64,000 nucleotides of DNA, taken from contig NC_091286.1 in NCBI RefSeq assembly GCF_032444005.1, forward strand, positions 584,660,001 to 584,724,000, written 5' to 3'. The notes beneath the pieces are model-generated. The model was not told the DNA's origin. It ran no database searches and saw only the letters and a list, made by a program, of their open reading frames with translations. The DNA is from Ranitomeya imitator. Taxonomy: Eukaryota. How positions within the stretch are numbered: position 1 is the first letter of the stretch; each line of letters begins with the position of its first letter. Both the position numbers and the translations under genes were made by a program. This document shows, piece after piece, positions 35,579-47,240 of this stretch.

Positions 35579-38500
35579 CAGTGGGTACCGAAAGTATTCA
35601 TACCCCTGTAAATTTTTCACTCTTTATTTAATTGCAGTCATTTGGTAAATTCATAAAAGTTCATTTTTTCTCATTAATGTACAATCTGCACCCCATCTTG
35701 ACTGAAAAAACCCCAGAAATGTAGAATTTTTTGCAAATGTATTAAAAAATTAAAACTGAAATTTGACATGGTCATAAGTATTCAGACCCTTTGCTCAGTA
35801 TTGAGTAGAAGCACCTTTTGAGCTAGTACAGCCATGAGTCTTCTTGGGAATGATGCAACAAGTTTTTCACACCTGGATTTGGGGATCTTCTGCCATCCTT
35901 CCTTGCAGATCCTCTCCAATTCCATCAGGTTAGGTGGCAAACGTTGGTGGACATCCATTTTCAGGTCTCTCCAGAGATGCTCAATTGGGTTTAGGTCAGG
36001 GCTCTAGCTTGACCAGTCAAGAATGATCACGGAGTTGTTCTGAAGCCACTCCTGTGCTATTTTAGCTGTGTGCTTAGGGTCATTGCCCTGTTGGAAGGTG
36101 AACCTTCAGCCAAGTTTGAGGTCCAGAGCACTCTGGAAGAGGTTTTCATCCAGGATATCTCTGTCCTTGGCCGCATTCATGTTTCCTTCAATGGCAACCA
36201 GTCGTCCTGTCCCTGTAGCTGAAAAACACCCCATAGCATGATGCAGCCACCACCTTGTTTCACTGTTGGGATTCTATTGGGCAGGTGATGAGCAGTGCCT
36301 GGTTTTCTCCACACATACCGCTTAGAATTATCATCAAAAAGGTCTATCTTTGTTTAATCAAACCAGAGAATCTTTTTTCTCATACAACCCCTGGCAAAAA
36401 TTATGGAATCCACCGGCCTTGGCGGATGTTCATTCAGTTGTTTAATTTTGTAGAAAAAAATCAGATCACAGACATCGCACAAAACTAAAGTAATTTCAAA
36501 TGGCAACTCTCTGGCTTTAAGAAACACTAAAAGAAATCAAGAACAAAAAATATGGTAGTCAGTAATGGTTATTTTTTTTAACCAAGCATAGGGAAAAAAT
36601 TATGGAATCACTCAATTCTGAGGAAAAAAGTATGGAATCATGAAAAACAAACAAACAAATTCCAAAACATCACTAGTATTTTCTTGCACCACCTCTGGCT
36701 TTTATAACAGCTTGCAGTCCCTGGGGCATGAACTTAATGAGTGTCAAACAGTACTGTTCATCAATCAGGCTCCAACTTTCTCTTGCAATGGACCATTTTC
36801 TTCAACTTCCACCAAAGATTTTCAGTTGGATTGAGATCCGGAATATGTGAGGGCCATGACATTGACCTTATGTGTCTTTTTTCAAAGAATGTTATCACAG
36901 TTTTTGCTCTATGGCCGGATGCATTATTATCTTGAAAAATGATTTCATCATCCCCAAACATCCTTTCTTTTGATGGGATAAGAAAAGTGTCCAATATATC
37001 AACATAAACTTGTGCATTTATTGAAGCTGTAATGACAGCCATTTCCCCAGTGAATTTACCTGACATGCAGCCCCATATCATCAATGACTGTGGAAATTTG
37101 CATGTTCTCTTCAGGCAGTCATCTTTATAAATCTCATTGGAACGGTACCAAACAAAAGTTCCAGCATCATCACCTTGCCCAATGTTGATTCGCGATTCAT
37201 CACTGAATATGACTTTCATCCAGTCAGCCACAGTCCATGATTGCTTTTCCTTAGCCCATTGTAACCTTGTTTTTCTCTGTTTAGGTGTTAATGATGGCTT
37301 TCGTTTAGCTTTTCTGTATGTAAATCACATTTTCTTTAGGCGGTTTCTTACAGTTCAGTCACAGACGTTGACTCCAGTTTCCACCCATTCGTTCCTCATT
37401 TGTTTTGTTGTGCATTTCCTGTTTTGGAGACATATTGCTTTAAGTTTCCGGTCTTGACGCTTTGATGTCTTCCTTGGTCTACCAGTATGTTTGCCTTTAA
37501 TAACCTTCCCATGTTGTTTGTATTTGGTCCAGATTTTAGACACAGCTGACTGTGAGCAACAAATATCTTTTGCAACATTGCGTGATGATTTACCCTCTTT
37601 TAAGAGTTTGATAATCCTCTCCTTGGTTTTAATTGACATCTCACGTGTTGGAGCCATGATTCATGTCAGTCCACTTGGTGCAACAGCTCTCCAAGGTGTG
37701 ATCACTCCTTTTTAGATGCAGACTAACGAGCAGATCTAATTTGATGCAGGTGTTATTTTTGGGTATGAAAATTTACAGGGTGATTCCATAATTGGTTCCT
37801 CAGAATTGAGTCATTCCATAATTTTTTCCCTATGCTTGGTTAAAAAAAGTAACCATTACTGTCTATCACATTTTTTGTTCTTGATTGCTTTTAGTGCTTC
37901 TTAAAGCCAGAAAGTTGCCACTTGAAATTTTGAAATGACTTTAGTTTTGTGCCATGTCTGTGATCTGCTTTTTTTCTACAAAAATAAACAACTGAATGAA
38001 CATCCTCAAAGGCCGGTGATTCCATAATTTTTGCCATGGGTTGTAGTCTGGGAGTCCTTCATGTGTTTTTTAAGCAAACTCTATGCTGGCTTTCATATTT
38101 TTTGCACTGAGGAGAGGCTTCCATCGGGCCACTCTGTCATAAAGGCCAACTAGTGAAGGACTGCAATGATAGTTGACTTTGTGGAACTTTCTCCCATCCT
38201 CCTACTGCATCTCTGGAGCTCAGCCACAGTGATCTTGGGGTTCTTCTTTACCTCTCTCAACAAGGCTCTTCTCCCATGATTGCTCAATGTGGCTGGATGG
38301 CCAGGTTTAGGAAGACTTCTGGAGGTCCAAAACTTCTTCCATTTAAGGATTATGGAGGCCACTGTGCTCTTAGGAACCTTAAGTACTGCAGAAATTCTGT
38401 TGTAACCTTGGCCAGATCTGTGCCTTGCCAGAATTCTGTCTCTCAGCTCCTTGGCCAGTTCCTTTGACCTCATGATTCTCATTTGGTCTGACATACACTG

Positions 38501-38842
38501 TGAGCTGTGAGGTCTTATATAGACAGGTGTGTGTCTTTCCAAATCAAGTCCTCCAATGAAGGAGTAGAACCATCTCAAGGAGGATCACAAGGAAATGAAC
38601 AGCATGTGACTTAAATATGAATGTTTGAGCAAAGGGTCTGTATACTTATAACCATGTGATATTTCAGTTTTTATTTTTTAATAAATATGCAAAAATTTCT
38701 ACATTTCTATTTTTTTCAGTCAAGATGAGGTGTAAAGTGTACATTAATAAGAAGAAAATGAACTTTTTGAATTTACCAAATGGCTGCAATGAAACAAAGA
38801 GTGAAAAATTTAAAGAGATCTGAATACTTTCCATACCCACTG
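35579..38842 (-). mobile_element. Tc1-like transposon A (degenerate), split by Tc1 B
   Basis: TA|cagtgggtac..cccactg|TA with long TIRs. Minus ORF 38150-38578 reads MRSKELAKELRDRIL..GYNRIS..VPKSTV..WK. Confidence 0.9.
36385..38043 (-). mobile_element. Tc1-like transposon B nested in Tc1 A
   Basis: TA|caacccctggcaaaaattatggaatc TIRs. Minus ORFs 37355-37657 (GRPRK HTH region) and 36761-37231 (IFSDES, FQDNN, PDLNPTENLW). Confidence 0.9.
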
Positions 38843-38998
38843 TATATAGAAAACTGGGAATAACCATATAGGTCATTGCCATTTTAGGGGAAAAAAGCAC
38901 TTGTGAGACAAAAATAAATGCTTGTATTTATTAGAAATATACATTTTTATGAATAATATGTCATTTCCTTGTATAATCTTTATTCTGAAATTTTTCAG

Positions 38999-39162
38999 CT
39001 CTAAGCTCTGCAGCTCCCAATACAAGAAACGTACGTTGGTGTGTGACATCAGATACTGAAGAACAAAAGTGCCATGATCTGGAGACCTCTTGTCATGTAG
39101 ATGAGATTCTACTAAAATGTGTGAAAAAATCCAGCACTGAGGACTGTGTGAGAGCGATCAGT
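38999..39162 (+). CDS. Sxph: Saxiphilin-like exon 2 (N-lobe start)
   Basis: ttcag|CT..AGT|gtgagt. Encodes (A)LSSAAPNTRNVRWCVTSDTEEQKCHDLETSCHVDEILLKCVKKSSTEDCVRAIS, with the transferrin VRWC..E..KC..CV..C..AI pattern. Confidence 0.95.
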
Positions 39163-39829
39163 GTGAGTACATCATCATGGAAGTCCACTTGGTAGAAGTG
39201 TCCATTGATATTCAGCTGATCACATAGTGTCTCGCCTGCAGGGGCAGGGTATAATCCTTGGGAAAATGAAGCATTACACAAAGCCCAATAAAATCAATGT
39301 TTTTTGTGATGCAGTACAGCACAGGTCCTCCCAGGTGTGAGACCATCTTTGTAGGTAGTCTCCTTTCTGGCCAATGGAATGAAATTGGGCATATGAAAAT
39401 GGATAGTCTGACTTTAACTGATTCTTTCCAACTCTCCTAGAATATCTGAAATATAGACCTCAAGCATTTGGTTCCAGAATTGGCAAATCTCCTCTCGAAA
39501 CTTTGCAGCGGAAGGTTTCATTGAGTGGAGACCTCCTTCACAATAAAGATTTTAGCTTTTACACACATTATAAATAGTGATTTATCACTTAGAGAGAAGA
39601 TAACCACGTGATTCTGCTCCTTTAATCCATTTTTGTACGGCAATACATTTAATATTCAGCTATTTTGTTTTCTAGAAGAATTTAAAAAAAAATAAGTATA
39701 ACTATGGTATTAGCTTTTAATATTGATTAAAATAGATTTGAAAATGATTAGAAATAAATCATTTAACACTGAAAGAGTAAAGATCTGGTGTATTCACTGT
39801 CTAGTCAAAGAAGCATTCCATCAAGGTTT

Positions 39830-40020
39830 TTATCTTCTTAATATATTGCAAAGTGAGAAGGATGGCACTCCTGTGAAGTCTCTTGGTGCACGGATAGGGT
39901 CCCAACCCGTTACGTATTAACAGTTCAAGAATCCAGCACCCAATCTGGTGAATTTATTTACAATGTGTAGAACGTGTACAAAATGTTTTGGTCATTAGAC
40001 CTTCATCAGTTTTACACTAA
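39830..40020 (-). mobile_element. Penelope pseudo-LTR remnant with fossil hammerhead (intron 2)
   Basis: The minus strand reads gtgtaaaa CTGATGA a GGTC taat GACC AAAAC attttgtacac. Confidence 0.6.
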
Positions 40021-40635
40021 ATTGTTCCAATAGCGTCAGCAAAAGCTTGTTTTAAGGATATGGTGAGCCTATGGTAGCCTGCCGCCTGGCGACTCCTGAT
40101 GCTGCAGTGACCATTGCTCATTTTGCCCTTCTACCCAGCTAATTCTTCTCTTTCCCATTTGGGTCTATGATATCACTTGATTAAAAAAGACTAGCTGAAT
40201 CCTGCTAAAATCTATGTAGAAACAGGAAGTCTCTTTTCCCTGTATGAACCATGAGTCACAGCAAAAGTCCCTGGCAGGGGGAAAGAAAGGAGCAGTTGGG
40301 TCAGGAGCTGAAGAGGATTTTTGTAGGGAAAAGAAACTCGCTGTTTCTATATAAAGCAGAGAAAATAGATTAATTTATTGGATCTAAATATTGCAAAAGA
40401 GCGGATTCCCTGATCAGGAATTTATTAGCCAAAGCACTTTATGGCTACAAAGGGGTTCACTCTAATGACTATGTAATATTTAATCTATCCTCTTGGGGCA
40501 CTGCAGAAAATCAAGCATTTATTGATATATTCACCTGATCGCTGCAGATTGTTGCGGTCATCTCATAGTCGGAGACCCTTTTAACAAAAGCGAATACTAG
40601 AAATCATTATCAGTAATGACCCTTTTGCTTTTCAG

Positions 40636-40741
40636 AATGGAGAAGCAGATGCTATTTCTCTGGATAGTAAAGACGTTTACAAAGCTTCATTAGATCCTTT
40701 TAATTTGAAGCCCATCATGACTGAAGCTTATTCTGAGAGCG
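40636..40741 (+). CDS. Sxph: Saxiphilin-like exon 3
   Basis: ttcag|AAT..AGC G|gtgagc. Encodes NGEADAISLDSKDVYKASLDPFNLKPIMTEAYSES, with the transferrin ADA..LD..Y.A..P.NLKP motif. Confidence 0.95.
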
Positions 40742-41972
40742 GTGAGCACTAAATTATTTTACTTATCTAGAATCAACTCTCAACAATCAGAAATGAACAT
40801 TTCTATGGTCCTATCCTAACCAAGATATTGGATTTATAAAACACAATAAAGTCAGTTCACCACCGCTAAGAAACTGCAAAGAAGGTACACGCACGAAAAA
40901 GAAGACGCGACAAAAGTCAGCAGAATTTCGATGGTTTGAACGGTTATATCAAACTTTCAACTTTATTTTGCATTTTTCTTTTCTTTATGCTCAGCTATCC
41001 TTCAGGACTCCTGAATTTTATTTTTTCTTTTCTATATTTAAAACTCCATTACGCATTATTCAGGAGTAATGGAGATTTTAAATATAGAAAAAATAAAACT
41101 TTTCTGTAATTAAAATTTAGCCACTGATGAGTGTCACTACTATGGCTGAAACATAGTAGCTTCATCACAGGCTCCTGTTCTGTTTTCATGTTTTTATTAC
41201 AACAGGGAATAGAAGAGATGTTTTTCAGCAAATCCAGCAATGAAGGCATTTCCTTTTTTTTCTGGCCTCATTGTGTTAAAGCTATAAAAATAATATGATT
41301 AAGCATCCTAAAAGAAATGTAAATTAAAAATGCCAGAATGCCGTATTATTCAGATTATAAGATGCACTTTTTTCCCTCAAATTCGGGATGAAAATGGGGG
41401 AGCGTCTTATAATGCAGATATACCTTTCCTGCTGCAGGTTGGGATGAGGGGGTGTTTGGATGTGTGGTGCGGCGCACCACTGCGGGTGTCCGGTGCTGCG
41501 GGTGTCCGCTACTACAGGTGTCCAGTGCTGCGCTGGCTCTGCCGACATCTTGTGAAAGCCCAGACCCCAGCAGTCACATGGCTTCCTATGCGGTGGACTG
41601 GACTCCGGGAAATTGTCTGCCGGCCAGGGGCGGTGCATGTACAGATGATAATTATTTATTTGTGTCTTAAGGCAATGTTCATATTGTGTGCAGTCCACAT
41701 GTCAGTCTCTCTGTCGGGGCTTCTGTCTGAAGCCCTGGAATACAGGATTCGGACAGAACCTCTGAAGGAGCCATTCGCTGTGAGGCAGACATAGTCAGGT
41801 GACAGCTCCCATCTGTTTCTGTAATACTTTGGAGGTATTTACTTTCTATGTCAGTATCATGACAACTTGTTATCTAGATCCTAAAAATAAGGTAATCTTC
41901 AATTCGCCATGAAACAGCATCTCTATTATGTGAATAGTCTTTCTTCTCTGATAATTTGTTTTATTTGGATAG

Positions 41973-42188
41973 AACATACCCCTTGTATGAGGCATCGACA
42001 GAATGTGCTCGGAGGAAAAATAATGAAAATAGGGGCATTTGTACCAAAATGTGATGAAAAGGGAAACTACGTTCCAAAGCAGTGTCATGGCAGCACCGGT
42101 TATTGTTGGTGTCTTAACGAAAATGGTGAAGAGATTGAAGGAACAAGAACTCCACCAGGAAATCCGGGCCTAACATGTGAAAATAAAG
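41973..42188 (+). CDS. Sxph: Saxiphilin-like exon 4: Thy1 domain 1 (6 Cys)
   Basis: 216 nt, phase 1/1. Encodes (E)[59 protein letters not shown]. Confidence 0.95.
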
Positions 42189-42289
42189 GTACTAACCCAT
42201 TCTATCAGTGTTCTCACCTCAGTCTCTACATTGGGTTAGTTATGCCCTTACTTACTATAGGTCATTCTTTACAATTAGGAGTCAGTTAA

Positions 42290-43613
42290 AGGGAACCTGT
42301 CACCTGTTTTGGCCGATATTAGCTGCGGCCACCAACTTTCACTGCTTATCGACAGCATTCTTTAATGTTGTAGATAAGCCCCCGATCTGACCTGCAAGAG
42401 AAGAAAAATAAGTTATATTATACTCACCGGGGGGGAGGCAATCCTGTGCATTCCGGTCCGATGGGTGTCGTAGGTCCGGGTCCGGCACCAGGAAAGGTCA
42501 GAGAGGCCCAGCGCCAACACACTGCAGTACTTTGCTCTGCCCTCAACACGGCAGAGAAGTACGCGTGTGCAGGAGCGCGATGCCAGGGAGCAATGAAGAA
42601 GCAGAAGAGCTTCGTCACAAGAAAATGGAAGGTGCCGGACCTGCAACACCCATCGGACCGGACCGCCCCCCGGGTGAGTATAATATAACTTATTTTTCTT
42701 CTCTTGCAGGTCAGATCGGGGGCTTATCTACATAAGCATGGCCGGCTCCAGGTTTTTGAGGGCCCCGGGCGAAAGAGTCTCAGTGGCCCCCCCTTAACAC
42801 ATACCACGATTCATGATGCCCAGATACAGCAGAGAGATATAGGTATAGTACAATGCCAGATTTCACTTCTTACATGAGTGATAGCTATTGGAAATTCTGC
42901 AGTGTGTATATACAGGACAGGAGGAGTGGTACTGTGCAGTGTATATATACAGGACAGGAAGAGTGGTACTGTGCAGTGTATATATACAGGACAGGAGAAG
43001 TGGTACTGTGCAGTGTATATATACAGGGGGAGTGATACGGTGCAGTGTATATATACAGGGGGAGTGGTACTGTGCAGTGTATATATACAGGAGGAGTGGT
43101 ACTGTGCAGTATATATATACAGGAGGAGTGGTACTGTGCAGTGTATATATACAGGAGGAGTGGTACTGTGCAGTGTATATATACAGGAGGAGTGGTACTG
43201 TGCAGTGTATATATACAGGAGGAGTGGTACTGTGCAGTATATATATACAGGAGGAGTGGTACTGTGCAGTGTATATATACAGGAGGAGTGGTACTGTGCA
43301 GTGTATATATACAGGACAGGAAGAGTGGTACTGTGCGGAGTATATATACAGGGGGAGTGATACGGTGCAGTGTATATATACAGGAGGAGTGGTACTGTGC
43401 AGTGAATATATACAGGGGGAGTGGTACTGTGCAGTGTATATATATATAGGGGGAGTGGTACTGTGCAGTGTATATACTTCAGCAGCCACCCAGTCCAGGC
43501 CCCTAGCACCTGTCCTGTATATATATTATATATACTGTATCTATACAGGCTGTATAAATACAGTATATACAGGACAGGTACTGGGGCCGGGGCTGGGCGG
43601 CTGCTGAAGTATA

Positions 43614-43644
<31 letters not shown>

Positions 43645-44054
43645 CAGCTGCAGCCGCCCAGCCCATGGCCGCCCCAGCTCACCCAGACTGTCAGAATACT
43701 GCGATATCATTGCACTCACTCAGGTGCGGGTAGGAGCTCCTCCAGAATCATCCTGATAAGTTCAGCAGTGCAGCCAGGGGCGGGAGAGCAGAGCAGGAGA
43801 ACGTGCTCTCTCCGCCCACAAACAATGTCACGCTGGCTGCGTTCTTAACCCCTATGTGCCTGCCTGCACTGAAGATGCTTGTGCCAGCTCCCACTGCCCG
43901 CACCTGTAAGACCGCCGTGCCCACAAATTGAAAGTGTAAGCGGCAGGAAAAACAGCGGGCAAGCGACAAGATAGATCTATGACAGCGTGAGTGGGCCCCT
44001 CGTTTCGCCAGGGCCCCGCAGATAATATCGGCTAAAACAGGTGACAGGTTCCCT
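42290..44054. mobile_element. T2/Kolobok-like MITE with a hAT-like insert at ~42737-44020 (intron 4)
   Basis: TTAA|agggaacctgtcacc..ggtgacaggttccct|TTAA, with an internal inverted repeat around 42380-42730. The insert begins catggccggctccagg. Confidence 0.8.
42900..43480. repeat. 32-bp minisatellite, about 17 units
   Basis: Unit gaggagtggtactgtgcagtgtatatatacag. It generates the spurious repetitive ORFs in the track. Confidence 0.95.
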
Positions 44055-44267
44055 TTAAATTATCTACAGTAGTTACAGAAATACATTTCATAAGGTTAGG
44101 GATGAAACATTCCACATAATAAATAGCAAGTGGGGGTGAGTAGCGGTCTCTATAATGTATGCTACCACAGGGCTATAGGGAGGGACACAGGGGACCATCT
44201 GAAAACATTTATTCTGAATACCTATAAGTGATTTACTAAGTAAATGGCTCTCCTATCCAAAATATAT

Positions 44268-44716
44268 AACCTACAAAAAAGAGGCGTACTAAGCCAATGT
44301 AAAATATTTAATCTTTATTAATTACATAGTTAAATAGAAATATACAAATAAAATAATTTAAAAAGTACTATAATACATTACCGATATTCATCTCTACAAG
44401 AGAGTATGATATGAATATATGCCTTACTAAGTCCAGTTCCCATATAGGTGTTACCAAAATATGTAGTGCCACCTAATGAACAGTATAGGCCTATGCACAT
44501 ACACCGGTAACCAAAATATGTCCTTTGCTCAGAACAAAATCCAGCTCTTAGGATACAATATTTTGGATAACAAAGTTAGTGTCAAGTGTATATGACTACA
44601 CGACAGTGGACGTTTTCTCTTTTTTAAACAATTTTATGTGTATATTTCCATGTAACTATGTAATTAGTAAAGATTAAATATTTTATATTGGCTTAGTACT
44701 CCTTTTTTGTAAGTTA
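44268..44716. repeat. ~62-bp inverted repeat pair (44268-44332 / 44652-44716)
   Basis: acaaaaaa..gtactaagccaatgtaaaatatttaatctttattaattacatagtt and its reverse complement. Possibly a truncated Penelope or MITE. Confidence 0.7.
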
Positions 44717-45365
44717 AACATTTATTCTGAGTTGGTCAGTGTAATTATCCCAGGTGAAGGAGAGAGGGTGAGGTTTGCCAACACTGAAGGGAGTGGGAGT
44801 GAAGATTGTATCCACCACGAGGGTAATGATTAGCTGCCCTCATAGGGAATATAAGGGGTATCACACTAGACGTGGCAGGAAGACTGGTATATGTGTGAGG
44901 CATACATTCCAGCTTTTTCTAGTCATCCTATGCCAAGAACTAAAAAGTTTACTGTATTTTCCTTTTCCTTTTGGGTCCTATCTCTTCTCTGTACCACAAT
45001 GATTCTATGTAACGGCTTAAAAGGAAATTCTCATTTGGACTCTTCTGCTGGGCCTTGGTATGCCTCTGATTTCACACCAAATTTTCATGTATGGTTCCAT
45101 ATTATTCATTGGTTTTTGGAGAGCAAACACATTGGCACACAAGGAGTACAATGGAGCCGCTACAGTACTGACTGTACTCCTTTGGATTAAATCTTTACAT
45201 TATATTAAAAGTAGCCATCAATACAGAAACTACAACTTTAATCTCTATTTAAAAAAAAAAACATGCAATGCTTCAGGACCTTCGTTACCACAGTTAAGAT
45301 TATATGATACAACATACATAGCAATAAACGGCTTCATAAACTCTTGGTTATATATCCATTTTTAG

Positions 45366-45572
45366 CAAACAAACCTCCCTGCTTGAAGGAACGTCAGAAA
45401 CTGCTCAGTGCTAAACCTTCACCAGCAGTTTTTGTGCCGGAATGTGATGAAAAGGGCAACTATCGACCTCAGCAGTCCCATGTCTACTCCTGGTGCGTGG
45501 ATGAATATGGGGAAGAGGTTTTTGGCTCCAGAACTTTCCCTGGAAAACCACCAAATCCATGTGAAGCTTCTG
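45366..45572 (+). CDS. Sxph: Saxiphilin-like exon 5: Thy1 domain 2 (4 Cys, 3-aa loop deletion)
   Basis: 207 nt, phase 1/1. Encodes (A)NKPPCLKERQ..FVPECDEKGNYRPQQSHVYSWCVDEYGEEVFGSRTFPGKPPNPCEAS. Confidence 0.93.
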
Positions 45573-45661
45573 GTAAGAATCTACTTCACTCTTCCATCCT
45601 CTCCCTGTGTATAGATGTTATTACAGGCAGTGATTACAGATATAACACTACACGGAGTCAC

Positions 45662-46080
45662 TATTATTATTATTATTTATTGTTATAGCGCCATTTATTC
45701 CATGGCGCTTTACATGTGAGGAGGGGTATACATAATAAAAACAAGTACAATAATCTTAAACAATACAAGTCATAACTGGTACAGGAGGAGAGAGGACCCT
45801 GCCCGCGAAGGCTCACAATCTACAAGGGATGGGTGAGGATACAGTAGGTGAGGGTAGAGCTGGTCGTGCAGTGGTTTGGTCGATCGGTGGTTACTACAGG
45901 TTATAGGCTTGTTGGAAGAGGTGGGTCTTCAGGTTCTTTTTGAAGGTTTCGATGGTAGGCGAGAGTCTGATGTGTTGTGGTAGAGGGTTCCAGTGTAGGG
46001 GTGATACGCGAGAGAAATCTTGTACACGATTGTGGGAAGAGGAGATAAGAGGGGAGTAGAGAAGGAGATCTTGTGAGGAT
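45662..46080 (-). mobile_element. L2/CR1-group LINE 3' fragment (intron 5)
   Basis: Reverse (TAA)n tail followed by tatagcgccatttattccatggcgctttaca..gctcacaatcta, typical of L2-type 3' ends. Confidence 0.6.
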
Positions 46081-46302
46081 TTATCACTGATACATTGTGA
46101 CTCTATAATTGTGTAATATCATTGTTGGGCTCCTTGTTATTGTATGCAGAAGTGATAGAGAAGAAGGTGGATCTAAGCTCAGCCTACAACAGCTCTGATG
46201 GGCTGAGAAATATTTGATGAAAGTATGGTATGAAGGTCATCCTACAATATAGTCAGGAATATACAGAAAATAACAACAATTCTTCTATATTTGTCTTATC
46301 AG

Positions 46303-46518
46303 GTGAAACGCTCTGCATAAAAGAACGTAATAAAGTGCTCAGCGCAGCAGAACCTTTACGAGGAGCCTTTGTACCGGACTGTGATGAAAATGGCTACTTT
46401 AGTCCATTGCAGTCCCACGGCAGCACCGGATACAGTTGGTGTGTTACCAAGAATGGTGACGAGATAAAGGGCACAAGGACTGGACCGGGGCAGACACCCC
46501 CTACGTGTGAGGTCCCAG
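46303..46518 (+). CDS. Sxph: Saxiphilin-like exon 6: Thy1 domain 3 (4 Cys)
   Basis: 216 nt, phase 1/1. Encodes (G)ETLCIKERN..FVPDCDENGYFSPLQSHGSTGYSWCVTKNGDEIKGTRTGPGQTPPTCEVP. Confidence 0.95.
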
Positions 46519-47240
46519 GTGAGGAACTACAGAGTATGTCAGGCATCACATTTGTGGGACACCGGCTGACCAAGGCCACTTTTCTAAGCCCCAACACAAC
46601 TACTGAATAAAATAGCGTGCCGGCACCAAAAAAATACTACTTTTTGCGTAATATACCATATTTTGCAACTTCTTAACACTATAAATCATAAAGATTTGAT
46701 AAATTCTCTTCTTAAAGTTCAATTCAATATGAAAGATCGCATAAAATCTTTGCTCTGATATTTATGTCCTCTTTTTGGACCTTTGCCTTCCACGCTCATT
46801 CATTTTTTAAATTAGAAAAACTTTTTATTAAAATGTTTTGTTACCCAAACAGAAAAACACAAAACCCCCAATCCTGCCCCACGCTCAGCCATTTGGTCCT
46901 ACAGTGAAGCATCATACTTGGCAGTGGAAAGTGCAATAAGCCGTCCCCGCTTAATTGTAAATTGCTGCGGAATATGTTGGCGCTGCAAAAATACAATTTG
47001 TAATATTATTGTTAAGCTCTAGTATTTCATACTGTGGTTATCTACTTGAACATTGTGCATGCCACCCTTGTCTATGCCACCTTAACTACTCTACCTGCCT
47101 AAGTGGATCAAGAAAGATACGTACTAGTCATATTCTCTATATTTGTTTTTTAGTTCTTTTAGTTTTTGTTTTTATTAATGTAAGATGAACAAAGCACTTA
47201 GTTATTGCCTGTCTGTTCCAATTGAAACAATTATTGAGAG

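Noticed and set aside
42811-43756. Long Tyr/Cys/Ile-rich ORFs on both strands (up to 302 aa)
   Set aside because: They are translations of the 32-bp minisatellite and have no domain signature.
42189-46302. Shared repeats flanking the Thy1 exons that could have driven their duplication
   Set aside because: Introns 4 and 5 carry different elements (T2 MITE versus L2 fragment), and I saw no homology between them.
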